From Gemmatimonadota bacterium (lineage in GTDB: Bacteria > Gemmatimonadota > Gemmatimonadetes > Gemmatimonadales > GWC2-71-9): a DNA stretch of 64,000 nucleotides. The notes under the pieces were generated by a model. It was not told the DNA's origin. It saw only the letters and a list, made by a program, of their open reading frames with translations, and did no database searches. The number at the start of each line of letters is the position of its first letter. The stretch's first letter is position 1. Location: NCBI GenBank assembly GCA_003222115.1, contig QHUL01000054.1, positions 56,925 to 120,924 of the forward strand, in the 5' to 3' direction. The translations under genes and the position numbers were made by a program. Positions 1-9,338 of the stretch are shown here, in pieces.

Positions 1-202
1 GCCCGTCGCGCAGCGCGGCGGACAGGGCCGCACCCGAGGGGCGGTTGTCGCGCCCCACGGCGATGCGCGGTGCGGCGCCGAGCCGCTCCCACGCAACCGT
101 GGCGAACGCCGTGCCGACCGCCTGCGCGACCTCGGCCGTGAGCTGGTCGCCCACGGTGCCGCGGATGTCGTATTCCCGGAAGATGGTGGCGGGGAGCTTC
201 AG
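1..202 (-). CDS. Phosphomannomutase/phosphoglucomutase, N-terminal part (runs off the window start; apparent CTG start)
   Basis: Manual translation gives LKLPATIFREYDIRGTVGDQLT...IAVGRDNRPSG (IFREYDIRG and VGRDxR alpha-phosphohexomutase motifs). GGAGG lies just upstream of CTG at 202. Not in the ORF track. Confidence 0.85.
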   Translation of the reverse strand, partial: MKLPATIFREYDIRGTVGDQLTAEVAQAVGTAFATVAWERLGAAPRIAVGRDNRPSGAALSAALRDG

Positions 203-223
203 AGAGCCCTCCGGCGCCCCGCG

Positions 224-1765
224 TCAGCGGGCCGTGGGTGCGTGCGCGGCGCTGACGGCCGGCGCGGCCGGGATCGCTTCGGGGGCAGGCGGGCCGGCCA
301 CGCCGCCGGTGCGCGCGAGGTCAAGCAGACGGTTCGGGCGCACGCCGAAGAACAGCAGCCCGGCGACGCAGACCGTCACGACGGCGTAGCCCAGCCGCCC
401 CAGTCGCATTCCCACGTGCGCCTCCGCGGACGGCTCGGGCTTCATGTACATCGCCATGATCACGGGGAGATAGTAGCCCGCCGAGATCACGCTCGTAAGG
501 ACGAGCGCGGCCGCGAGCCCACCCTGCCCCGCGCTCGTCGCCGCGGCGAGGATGTACCACTTGCCGATGAAGCCGGCCGTGCCGGGGAAGCCGAGCAGGG
601 ACAGCATGCACACCGCCAGGGCGAAGGCGAGCCACGGATGGCGCGTGGCGAGCCCGGCGAGGTCGTCGATCAGGACGTCCCGCTCGCCCTGGCGGCCCTT
701 GGCGGCGAGGAGCGCGAAGGCGCCGAGCGTCATCAGAGTGTAGGCGACGAGGTAGAACAGGAACGCCGCCGAGCCGGGCCCGGGGCCCGCCGCCACCGCG
801 ACGAGCAGGTATCCCGCGTGGGCGACCGAGGAGTAGGCGAGCATGCGCTTCACGGCTCGCTGGGCCAGCGCGATCAAGTTGCCGACCACCATCGTGGCCA
901 CAGCGAGCCACCACACGATCTCGTGCCAGGCCGCGACCGCGGAGAACGCCTCGCCCAGCACGCGGAACAGGGCGGCGAAGGCGGCCGCCTTAACGCCGCT
1001 CGCCATGTAGGCCGTGACCGGCGTCGGCGAGCCGTCGTACACGTCCGGGACCCACATGTGGAACGGCACCGCGGCGACCTTGAAGCCGAACCCGATCAGC
1101 AGCAGCGCGAGGCCGATTGCCAGCATCGTGCCCCCCCCGGCCCCCGCCCCGACCTGGGCCGCGATGGCGCGGAGGCCCGTCGTCCCGGTCGCGCCGTATA
1201 CGAGTGCGATGCCGTACAACAGGAAGCTGGAGGCGAAGGCGCCGAGCAGGAAGTACTTGAACGCCGCCTCGGCCCCTGCCGCGCTCTTGCGGTTGATTCC
1301 CGCGAGCACGTAGACCGACACCGACAGCAGCTCGAGCCCGAGGAAGACAACGATCAAGTCGTCGCCGCCTCCCATCAACATCATGCCGAGGGTCGCGAAC
1401 ACGATGAGGGCGTGGTACTCGGGGATGAGCAGCTGCTCGCGCTCCAGGTAGTTGAAGGAGAGCAGGACCGTCAAAGCGGCGGCGCCGAGGAACAGCCAGT
1501 CCGTGACGAAGCGGAAGTCGTCCACGGCGATCATCGCTGCGAGTGGCGTCGGCGCGGCACGGGCCGCGTGCCACCACAACCACCACACGGCGCCAGCCGT
1601 GGACGCGAGTGCGGCGAGCGTCACGCAGCCGGCGAGCCGCAGGTCCGCCGCGGTGCGGTGCCGCCAGGCGATGAGGAGCAGCAGCACCAAGCTCCACGCC
1701 GTGAGCACGAGCTCCGGGAGGAGCGCGAGCAGCAGGTCCCGGGAGCTCGAGAGGTCGAGGATCAC
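224..1765 (-). CDS. nuoN: NADH-quinone oxidoreductase subunit N
   Basis: Polytopic membrane protein with EAAFKYFLLG, FKVAAVPFHMWVPDVYDGSP and KRMLAYSS; GTG start overlaps the nuoM stop. Confidence 0.95.
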   Translation of the reverse strand: MILDLSSSRDLLLALLPELVLTAWSLVLLLLIAWRHRTAADLRLAGCVTLAALASTAGAVWWLWWHAARAAPTPLAAMIAVDDFRFVTDWLFLGAAALTVLLSFNYLEREQLLIPEYHALIVFATLGMMLMGGGDDLIVVFLGLELLSVSVYVLAGINRKSAAGAEAAFKYFLLGAFASSFLLYGIALVYGATGTTGLRAIAAQVGAGAGGGTMLAIGLALLLIGFGFKVAAVPFHMWVPDVYDGSPTPVTAYMASGVKAAAFAALFRVLGEAFSAVAAWHEIVWWLAVATMVVGNLIALAQRAVKRMLAYSSVAHAGYLLVAVAAGPGPGSAAFLFYLVAYTLMTLGAFALLAAKGRQGERDVLIDDLAGLATRHPWLAFALAVCMLSLLGFPGTAGFIGKWYILAAATSAGQGGLAAALVLTSVISAGYYLPVIMAMYMKPEPSAEAHVGMRLGRLGYAVVTVCVAGLLFFGVRPNRLLDLARTGGVAGPPAPEAIPAAPAVSAAHAPTAR

Positions 1766-3297
1766 GGCGCGATTGCGGTGGCGGTGGGCCCCGGCGGCCG
1801 CACGCTCTCGATGAACTGGCGCGCCGCGGGCTCCATGCGGTCGAGGATCGGCTTCGGATACACGCCGATCCATACGATGCAGGCGACGAGCGGCAGCAAC
1901 ACCGCCAGCTCGCGCGGCGTCAGGTCGGGCAGCTTCTCGTTCTCAGGCTTGTCGAGCGGGTTGAAGATCACCCGCTGCAAGGCCCAGAGCAGGTAGGCCG
2001 CCGCCACGATCACTCCGGTGGCGGCGATGCCGGCGGCCACGGGGTGCGTCCGGAACGCGCCCACCAGCACGAGGAACTCGCCGACGAAGCCGTTCGTGCC
2101 CGGCAGCCCGATCGACGACAGCGACACGAACGTGAGGATCGCGGCGAACAGGGGCACGACGCGCGCGATGCCGCCGTACGCGGCGATCAGCCGGCTGTGG
2201 CGCCGCTCGTAGATCATCCCGACCAGGAAGAACAGCGCGCCGGTCGAGATGCCGTGATTGATCATCACGAGCAGGGCGCCCTGCACGCTCTGCAGCGTCA
2301 GCGCCCAGATCCCGAGCATGACGAAGCCCAGATGCGCGACCGACGAGTAGGCAATCAGCTTCTTGAAGTCGGGTTGCACCATGGCGACGAGGCCGCCGTA
2401 CAGGATCCCGACGAGTGACAGCGCCACGATGGCGGTCTCGACCGGCGGCGCGAGTGCCACGGCCGGGAAGAACGGCACCGCAAACCGCAGGAAGCCGTAG
2501 GTCCCCATCTTGAGCAGGATGCCGGCGAGGATCACCGAGCCCGCCGTCGGCGCCTCCACGTGCGCGTCAGGGAGCCAGGTGTGGAACGGAAACATCGGCA
2601 CCTTGATCGCGAAGGCCAGAAAGAACGCCGCGAACAGCCAGAAGGCGAGCGGCCCGAGGTCACCGAGGTTCCGCATCAGGTGGAAGTAGTCGAAGGAGAA
2701 GATTCCGGTGCGCTGGCCCACGAGGTAGACGAGCGCAAGGATGGCCACGAGCATGAGCAGCGATCCGAACATCGTGTAGATGAAGAACTTGATCGCCGCA
2801 TACAGGCGGCTGTCCCCGCCCCACACCCCGATGATGAAGTACATCGGGATGAGCATCACTTCCCACATCACGTAGAACAGGAACAGGTCGAGGGCGACGA
2901 ACACCCCGATCATGCCCGACGTCAGGACGAGTAGCAGCGCGTAATACGCCCGCTCCCGGGTGGTGATGTAGCTGTAGCTGCCGAGCACCGAGAGCGGAAC
3001 GAGCAAGGTGGTGAGCAGCACCATGAACAGGGAGATGCCGTCCACGCCGACGGTGTAGTGGATCGACCACGGCGCTCCCGTCCCGAACAGCGGCACCTGG
3101 ATCCACGGCGCGTCGCAGACGAATTGCATCCCGCCCGACGGCACGAAGGTCCACCACAACGGGACCGCGATAGCGAACTCGATCAAGCTCGCCACGAAGC
3201 CCAGGTGCTTCGCCCAGCGCGGCGGCGCGATGAGAATCGCAACGGCCGCGACGGCGGGCCAGACGAGCAGCGCGGTCAGCACCCAGCGCGCGTACAT
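1762..3297 (-). CDS. nuoM: NADH-quinone oxidoreductase subunit M
   Basis: AIKVPMFPFHTWLPDAHVEAPT, LLKMGTYG, KKLIAYSSVAH; operon position. Confidence 0.96.
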   Translation of the reverse strand: MYARWVLTALLVWPAVAAVAILIAPPRWAKHLGFVASLIEFAIAVPLWWTFVPSGGMQFVCDAPWIQVPLFGTGAPWSIHYTVGVDGISLFMVLLTTLLVPLSVLGSYSYITTRERAYYALLLVLTSGMIGVFVALDLFLFYVMWEVMLIPMYFIIGVWGGDSRLYAAIKFFIYTMFGSLLMLVAILALVYLVGQRTGIFSFDYFHLMRNLGDLGPLAFWLFAAFFLAFAIKVPMFPFHTWLPDAHVEAPTAGSVILAGILLKMGTYGFLRFAVPFFPAVALAPPVETAIVALSLVGILYGGLVAMVQPDFKKLIAYSSVAHLGFVMLGIWALTLQSVQGALLVMINHGISTGALFFLVGMIYERRHSRLIAAYGGIARVVPLFAAILTFVSLSSIGLPGTNGFVGEFLVLVGAFRTHPVAAGIAATGVIVAAAYLLWALQRVIFNPLDKPENEKLPDLTPRELAVLLPLVACIVWIGVYPKPILDRMEPAARQFIESVRPPGPTATAIAP

Positions 3298-3300
3298 CGG

Positions 3301-5277
3301 CTAGCGGACCGCCGTCCAGAGCACGGCGAGGACGCCGCCCACGAACAGCACCACGTAGAAGCCCAGCTGGCCGGTCTGCAGGCGGCTCCCGATCCAGCCC
3401 AGCGCCCGCGATAGCCGCGCTGCGCCGTTCACCCCGGCGCCGTCGATCAGGCCGAGATCGATCGTCCTCCACAGCACCTCGCGCGACAGCCATATGAGCG
3501 GCCGCACGAACAGGAAGTCGTAGATCTCGTCAACGTACCACTTCTTCCATAGCACGCGTGCGAAGCCCCGCTCCGCCGGCGCGAGGCGGGCCGGGACGAG
3601 CTCCTCCGGCCGGAGCAGCCGCACCGCGGCGATGATCCCGAGCCCGGCCGCGGCCACCGCGGCGATCACCAGCGCCCACTCGGTGCCGTGCGGCACTTCG
3701 ATGCCGGGGCGCAGCCGCGCCGCGACGGCCGTCACCGGCTCGAGCCAGTGCTCGAGCCACTCACGGCCGCGCAACAGCGCGGGGACGTTGAGCGCGCCGC
3801 CCGCGAGGCTGAGCGCCGCGAGCACGACCAGGGGCCCCGTCATGACCCAGGGCGCCTCGCGCAGGTGCGCGGACTCCCGCTCGCCCGTCCGGTTCGGGCC
3901 GTGGAAGGTGTAGAGCATCAGGCGCGTCATGTAGAACGCGGTGAGCAGCGCCGTGAGCAGGCCGAGCAGCCAGTACACGTACCACAGCGGGTGCACGTCG
4001 CCCAGGGAGAAGGCGGCGCTCAGGATTTGGTCCTTGGAGAAGAATCCGGCGAAGGGCGGGATGCCGGCGATGGCGAGCGTCGCGACCCACATGAGCGTCG
4101 ACGTCCACGGCAGGTGGCGAGCGAGACCGCCCATGTTGCGCATGTCCTGCGCGTCCTCGCGGGAGTGCGTGGCGTGGTAGGCGTGATGGAGCGCATGAAT
4201 CACGCTCCCCGCGCCGAGGAAGAGGAGCGCCTTGAAGAAGGCGTGCGTCACCAGATGGAAGATGCCAGCGGCGTACGCTCCCGACCCGACACCCAGGAAC
4301 ATGTAGCCCAGCTGGGAGACGGTGGAGTAGGCGAGCACGCGCTTGATGTCCCACTGCTTGAGCGCGATCGTCGCCGCAAAGAAGGCGGTGAGCGCGCCGA
4401 TCCCGGCCACGACGGCGCTCGCCACGGGAGCGAGCGCGTACAGCACGTTGCAGCGGGCCACGAGATAGACGCCTGCCGTCACCATGGTGGCGGCGTGGAT
4501 CAGGGCCGAGACGGGCGTCGGGCCCTGCATCGCGTCGGGAAGCCAGGTGTACAGTGGAATCTGCGCGGACTTGCCCGTGCACCCGAGGAAGAGCAACAGC
4601 GTGATGGCGGTGACGGCAGGCCCGCCCGGCGTGAAGAGCTTCGGCGCCTGGGCGAACAGCGGCTGGAAGTCGAGGGACCCCGTGTGCGCGAAGATCATGA
4701 GCATCGCGACCAGGAACCCGACGTCCCCGATGCGGTTCACGAGAAATGCCTTCTTGCCGGCGTCGGCGTTGATCCGCTCGTTGAACCAGAAGCCGATCAG
4801 CAGGTAGGAGCAGAGCCCCACGCCCTCCCAGCCGACGAACATGACGGGGAAGCTTGCCCCGAGCACGAGCACCAGCATGAAGAACACGAAGAGGTTGAGG
4901 TACGCGAAGTAGCGCGCGTACCCGGGATCCTCGCCCATGTAGCCCACGCTGAAGACGTGGATCAGCGAGCTCACGCCGGTGACGACGAGCAGCATCACCG
5001 CGGAGAGCTGGTCGAGCTGCAGCGCCACCGTCACGTGGAGCTCCCCGACGGGCATCCACTCCCAGTAGGGGAAGACGAGCGGCCCCGGGGTTCCCTCTCG
5101 GAGGAAGGCCAGGACGATGACGATGGCGAGCGCGAGGGCGGCCAAGAGCACCCCGACCCCGATGATCGACACGGCGTGCTTCGCCCGGGGGCGGCGTAAT
5201 GCCAGGACTCCGTTCGCCAGGAATCCGGCGAGCGGCAGCGCCGGGACGAGCCACAGGAGCTGCAGCGCGCTCGGCAT
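3301..5277 (-). CDS. nuoL: NADH-quinone oxidoreductase subunit L
   Basis: GKSAQIPLYTWLPDAMQGPTPVSALIHAATMVTAG, HAFFKALLFL. Confidence 0.96.
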   Translation of the reverse strand: MPSALQLLWLVPALPLAGFLANGVLALRRPRAKHAVSIIGVGVLLAALALAIVIVLAFLREGTPGPLVFPYWEWMPVGELHVTVALQLDQLSAVMLLVVTGVSSLIHVFSVGYMGEDPGYARYFAYLNLFVFFMLVLVLGASFPVMFVGWEGVGLCSYLLIGFWFNERINADAGKKAFLVNRIGDVGFLVAMLMIFAHTGSLDFQPLFAQAPKLFTPGGPAVTAITLLLFLGCTGKSAQIPLYTWLPDAMQGPTPVSALIHAATMVTAGVYLVARCNVLYALAPVASAVVAGIGALTAFFAATIALKQWDIKRVLAYSTVSQLGYMFLGVGSGAYAAGIFHLVTHAFFKALLFLGAGSVIHALHHAYHATHSREDAQDMRNMGGLARHLPWTSTLMWVATLAIAGIPPFAGFFSKDQILSAAFSLGDVHPLWYVYWLLGLLTALLTAFYMTRLMLYTFHGPNRTGERESAHLREAPWVMTGPLVVLAALSLAGGALNVPALLRGREWLEHWLEPVTAVAARLRPGIEVPHGTEWALVIAAVAAAGLGIIAAVRLLRPEELVPARLAPAERGFARVLWKKWYVDEIYDFLFVRPLIWLSREVLWRTIDLGLIDGAGVNGAARLSRALGWIGSRLQTGQLGFYVVLFVGGVLAVLWTAVR

Positions 5278-5278
5278 C

Positions 5279-5575
5279 TCAGCCCTTCAGCAAATTGATG
5301 TTCTGGAGGTCGACCGTCTGCTTGTGGCGATAGATCGCGAGGATGATCGCTAGGCCGACCGCCGCCTCAGCGGCGGCCACCGCCATCACGAAGAACACGA
5401 AGATCTGGCCCGCCACGCCAAGCGACTGGGCCAGCGCCACGAACGTGAGATTCACCGCGTTGAGCATCAGCTCCACGCACATGAAGATGACGATCGCATT
5501 GCGACGCAGCAGCACGCCGGCGACGCCCAGGGCGAACAGCACCGCGGAGACGGCGAGCGATGGTCCGAGGAGCAT
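5279..5575 (-). CDS. nuoK: NADH-quinone oxidoreductase subunit K
   Basis: [20 protein letters not shown]; 98 aa, three TM segments. Confidence 0.96.
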   Translation of the reverse strand: MLLGPSLAVSAVLFALGVAGVLLRRNAIVIFMCVELMLNAVNLTFVALAQSLGVAGQIFVFFVMAVAAAEAAVGLAIILAIYRHKQTVDLQNINLLKG

Positions 5576-6091
5576 TCAGAGCTTCCGCTTCGCGAGCACG
5601 ACGGCGCCGACGATCGCCGCCAGCAGCAGCACGCTCGTGATCTCGAAGGGGATGAGGTACTGGGAGAACAGCGGGCGCGCCACGGCGCCCACGATCCCCT
5701 GCTCCTCCTGCAGCTGCGCCATCACGTTGCCCCCGCGCGTCCCGGCGGCGGATGGCGTGGCACCGCGCAGCAGCTGGAAGAAGAGCAGGCCGCCCAACAG
5801 CGTCGCCACGGCGAGGCCCGCCGGCCCCTTCAAATCGGACGGGCCGGCCCGCCCCAGGTTCAGCAGCATGATCACGAAGAGGAACAGCACCATGATCGCG
5901 CCGGCGTAGACCAGCACCTGCAGCACGGCGATGAACTGCGCGTCCAGCACCACGAACAGCGCCGCGAGCGAGAACAGGGTCTGCACGAGCCACAGGGCGC
6001 TCGCGACCGGACTGCGCCGCGTGATGCACATCGCCGCTCCCACCACGGCGAGCGCCGAGAAGGTCCAGAACACGAGCTGCGTCAGCGACAC
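5576..6091 (-). CDS. nuoJ: NADH-quinone oxidoreductase subunit J
   Basis: QVLVYAGAIMVLFLFVIML, YLIPFEITSVLLL. Confidence 0.95.
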   Translation of the reverse strand: MSLTQLVFWTFSALAVVGAAMCITRRSPVASALWLVQTLFSLAALFVVLDAQFIAVLQVLVYAGAIMVLFLFVIMLLNLGRAGPSDLKGPAGLAVATLLGGLLFFQLLRGATPSAAGTRGGNVMAQLQEEQGIVGAVARPLFSQYLIPFEITSVLLLAAIVGAVVLAKRKL

Positions 6092-6094
6092 CGC

Positions 6095-6601
6095 TCACTC
6101 CCCCCGGGGATCCGAGGGGTCCCACAGCGTCGAGACGGGGTGCGTCTGCGCGCACAGGCGCTCGAGATCGTAGACGAACCGGTCGCGCGAGTACTCGGAG
6201 TTCTCGTAATGCACGCCGACGTGGATGGCCTCCTCGGGGCAGACCTCCTGGCAGTAGCCACAGAATACGCAGCGGAATTCGTCGATCTCGTAGATCAGCG
6301 GGTAGCGGTTGCCCTGCTCGTCCTCGCCCGGCACCAGCTTGATGCAGTTGGCGGGACAGATCTGCGGGCACAGGCCGCACGCTACGCACTTGGAGCGCCC
6401 CTGCTCGTCGGTGAGCATGCGGTGCGTGCCGCGCCAGCGGGACGAGATCGTCCAGTCCTCGGTGGACTTCTCTTCCGGGTACTGCATCGTGACCTTCGGC
6501 TGGAACAGGTGCCGGAAGGTGAGCGCCATGCCCTTGAGGGTCGCGCGCACGTAGGACGTGGCCGAGCCCGGCCGCTTCATCACCTTCACCCCGACTGCCA
6601 T
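6095..6601 (-). CDS. nuoI: NADH-quinone oxidoreductase subunit I
   Basis: Two 4Fe-4S motifs (CVACGLCPQICP, CVFCGYCQEVCP); start MAVGVKVM at 6601 adjoins the nuoH stop. Confidence 0.95.
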   Translation of the reverse strand: MAVGVKVMKRPGSATSYVRATLKGMALTFRHLFQPKVTMQYPEEKSTEDWTISSRWRGTHRMLTDEQGRSKCVACGLCPQICPANCIKLVPGEDEQGNRYPLIYEIDEFRCVFCGYCQEVCPEEAIHVGVHYENSEYSRDRFVYDLERLCAQTHPVSTLWDPSDPRGE

Positions 6602-7770
6602 CAGACCTCCCCCTCCGCCCGGGCCACCGAGCCCGAGACGATGCGGCCGCGATCGAGCCACCAGAACAGCAACCCGGCCAGCACGGCGTTGAGCCCGAAC
6701 AGCGCCCAGCCGAAGGCCGGCCCGTAGGCCCAGCCGAGCTGCTCCTTGAGATACCACACCGCGGTGGCGAGCACGGTCAGATAGACGAGCGCGAGCGGCA
6801 GCAGGACCTTCCACCCCAGCGCCATCAGCTGGTCGTAGCGGAACCGCGGCAGCGTCCAGCGCACCCAGATGTACAGGAACATGAAGCAGGCGGTCTTGAC
6901 GCAGAACACGGCGCCCGTCGCGAGGGTCTTCGCGAGCGTCCAGGGGGGCCCGTTGTCCCAGCTCGTGAACGGGATGTCCCACCCGCCGAAGAACAGCGTA
7001 GCCATCAGGGCCGAGGCGGTGAGCATGTTGGCGTACTCGGCGATGTAGAACATCGAGAACTTCATCGCGCTGTATTCGGTGTGGTAGCCGGCGATCAGCT
7101 CGCCCTCCGCCTCGGGGAGATCGAACGGGACGCGGTTCGTTTCGGCGAACGCGCTCACGAGGAAGATGAAGAACGCGAGGAGCAACGACAGCACGTACCA
7201 CCCGCCCGCCTGCTGCTGGGCGATCACCCGCGAGAGGGTCACGTTCCCGGCGAGCAGCAGCACCGCCACTGTGCTCATCCCCATGGCGATCTCATAGGAG
7301 ATCATCTGGGCGCTCGCCCGCAAGCCGCCGAGCAGGGCGTACTTGTTGTTCGACGACCAGCCGGCCAGCGTCACGCCGTACACGCCGAGCGAGCTGATCG
7401 CGAGAATGTAGAGGAACCCGACCGGGAGGTCCGCGACCACCATCGGCACGTCGCCCCAGCGGGTGGGGAGGGGGGCGGCGAACGGGATGACGGCGAACGT
7501 CAGCAGCGCCGGCGTGAAGGAGATGGCCGGCGCGAGCAGGAACAGCGCCTTGTCGGCCCGCACCGGCAGCGTCTCCTCCTTGAGCAGGCTCTTCAGCCCG
7601 TCCGCGGCCGGCTGCAACAGGCCCTGCGGCCCCACGCGGTTCGGGCCCAGCCGGTCCTGGATGAAGGCGCAGATCCGCCGCTCGACCAGCGTGGTCAGCG
7701 CGACCGTCACAAGGATTGCGGTGAACACGACGACCACCTTGGCGATCGAGCTGACGAGGAAGAACGTCAC
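6601..7770 (-). CDS. nuoH: NADH-quinone oxidoreductase subunit H
   Basis: QDRLGPNRVGP, AETNRVPFDLPEAE, LPRFRYDQLM; GTG start overlaps the nuoG stop. Confidence 0.95.
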   Translation of the reverse strand: MTFFLVSSIAKVVVVFTAILVTVALTTLVERRICAFIQDRLGPNRVGPQGLLQPAADGLKSLLKEETLPVRADKALFLLAPAISFTPALLTFAVIPFAAPLPTRWGDVPMVVADLPVGFLYILAISSLGVYGVTLAGWSSNNKYALLGGLRASAQMISYEIAMGMSTVAVLLLAGNVTLSRVIAQQQAGGWYVLSLLLAFFIFLVSAFAETNRVPFDLPEAEGELIAGYHTEYSAMKFSMFYIAEYANMLTASALMATLFFGGWDIPFTSWDNGPPWTLAKTLATGAVFCVKTACFMFLYIWVRWTLPRFRYDQLMALGWKVLLPLALVYLTVLATAVWYLKEQLGWAYGPAFGWALFGLNAVLAGLLFWWLDRGRIVSGSVARAEGEV

Positions 7771-9311
7771 GCGCGCGCTCCCGCCTTCGCGGTGATCCCC
7801 TGGCCGGCGGCGCCGAGCCCGGCGTAGGACAGGCCCTGGAAGGCGTCCGTGGAGCCCGCGAGCGCGTCGAACGCCTCGGCGGCGCTGGCGCAGTGCTCGG
7901 CACCGTCCACCTGGGCCAGCAGCTCGGACAGGACCCACCAGGCCGGGCGCGCCATTCCGGGCGCGGGCTTCGCCTGGAAGTAGCGCTGCACCCGGCCGTC
8001 CCGGTTGACGTAGGTACCGTCTTCTTCCGCCACGTTGGCGATCGGCAGCACGACTTCCGCCCCGTGCGCGCTTTCCGGAAGGACGGTGCCGAGGTAGAGG
8101 AGGGTGCCGGCGGTCTCGATCGCGGCGTCGGGCTCGTCGATCACGAGCACGACGGCCGCCGTGCGGCTGGTCTCGAGCGCGGCGGCGTAGTCGCGGCTGT
8201 AGCCGAGCAGCTCCGCGCCGCGCGCGTTGGGTGCGCGCTCGGCCCGGAGGGCGAGGTCGGGCACGCCGGGGAGCGGCGCCTCGTCGCCCATCACGACCTG
8301 GAACGCGCCGGTCCACTCGAACCGCGCCAGCAGCCGGCGGGCCAGGAACAGAGCCTCGGTCGACGTGCGGGGCGAGACGAGGGCGACCGCCTTGCCGCCG
8401 GCGCCCCGCAGCACGGTGGCTGCGCGACTCAGCGCCTCGTCCCAATCGGTCGCGTGGCGCCGCACCAGGGGCGCCTCGATCCGGTCGCCGCGGTTCATCC
8501 AGCGGTAGTTCAGCCGGCCGTGATCGCAGATGAAGTACCGGTTCACCTGGAGGTTCGGCCGCGGGCGCACGCGCACCACGACGTTCTCGCGGGTATCGAG
8601 CGTGACGTTGCAGCCCTGCGAGCAGCCGGTGCAGATCGACGCGGTCTTGTCCAGCTCCCAGGCGCGAGCCTTGTGGAGGAAGTCTTTCGAGAGCAGCGAG
8701 CCCACCGGACAGAGATCCACCACGTTCCCGGCCCAGGGGTGGTCCAGGCGCGCGTTCGGGTGGATGCCGATGTAGGCGCGATCCCCGCGCTCGGAGACGT
8801 TGATCACGGGCTCCCCCGCCAGGTCCTCCATGAAGCGGACGCAGCGCGTGCACAGGATGCAGCGATTCGGCACGTACAGGACGTCGGGCCCGAAGTCCTC
8901 GACCGGATTGAAGCGCTTGGAGTACTCGGCGTAGCGCGTGCCGGGGCGGCCTTCTTGAAAGACGAAGTCCTGCAGCTCGCACTCGCCCGCCTGATCGCAG
9001 ATCGGGCAGTCGAGCGGGTGGTTGATCAGCAACAGCTCGAGCACGCCCATGCGCGCCTGCTTCGCCTGCTCCGATTGCGTGCGCACCACCATCCCCTCGG
9101 CCACCGTGGTCGCGCAGGCGATCTGGAGCTTCGGCGCCTTCTCGACCTCGACCAGGCACATGCGGCAGACGCCCGCGACCGCCAGCCCGGGATGGTAGCA
9201 ATAGTGCGGAACGAGGACGCCCGCCTGCTTCGCCGCCTCGATGACGAGCGTCCCCTGGGGGACGCTGACCGGTACGTCGTCGATGGTGAGGTTGATGAGC
9301 TCGTCAGGCAT
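7767..9311 (-). CDS. nuoG: NADH-quinone oxidoreductase subunit G (short form)
   Basis: CYHPGL..GVCRMC, NHPLDCPICDQAGECELQ, CILCTRCVR, CTGCSQGC. Confidence 0.93.
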   Translation of the reverse strand: MPDELINLTIDDVPVSVPQGTLVIEAAKQAGVLVPHYCYHPGLAVAGVCRMCLVEVEKAPKLQIACATTVAEGMVVRTQSEQAKQARMGVLELLLINHPLDCPICDQAGECELQDFVFQEGRPGTRYAEYSKRFNPVEDFGPDVLYVPNRCILCTRCVRFMEDLAGEPVINVSERGDRAYIGIHPNARLDHPWAGNVVDLCPVGSLLSKDFLHKARAWELDKTASICTGCSQGCNVTLDTRENVVVRVRPRPNLQVNRYFICDHGRLNYRWMNRGDRIEAPLVRRHATDWDEALSRAATVLRGAGGKAVALVSPRTSTEALFLARRLLARFEWTGAFQVVMGDEAPLPGVPDLALRAERAPNARGAELLGYSRDYAAALETSRTAAVVLVIDEPDAAIETAGTLLYLGTVLPESAHGAEVVLPIANVAEEDGTYVNRDGRVQRYFQAKPAPGMARPAWWVLSELLAQVDGAEHCASAAEAFDALAGSTDAFQGLSYAGLGAAGQGITAKAGARA

Positions 9312-9338
9312 CACCCTTCCCCTCTCCCCCTTCCCCGC

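Noticed and set aside
7767-9311. Short NuoG as a pseudogene
   Set aside because: All Fe-S motifs are intact, the frame is open and it is coupled to nuoH; C-terminally short NuoG forms are known.
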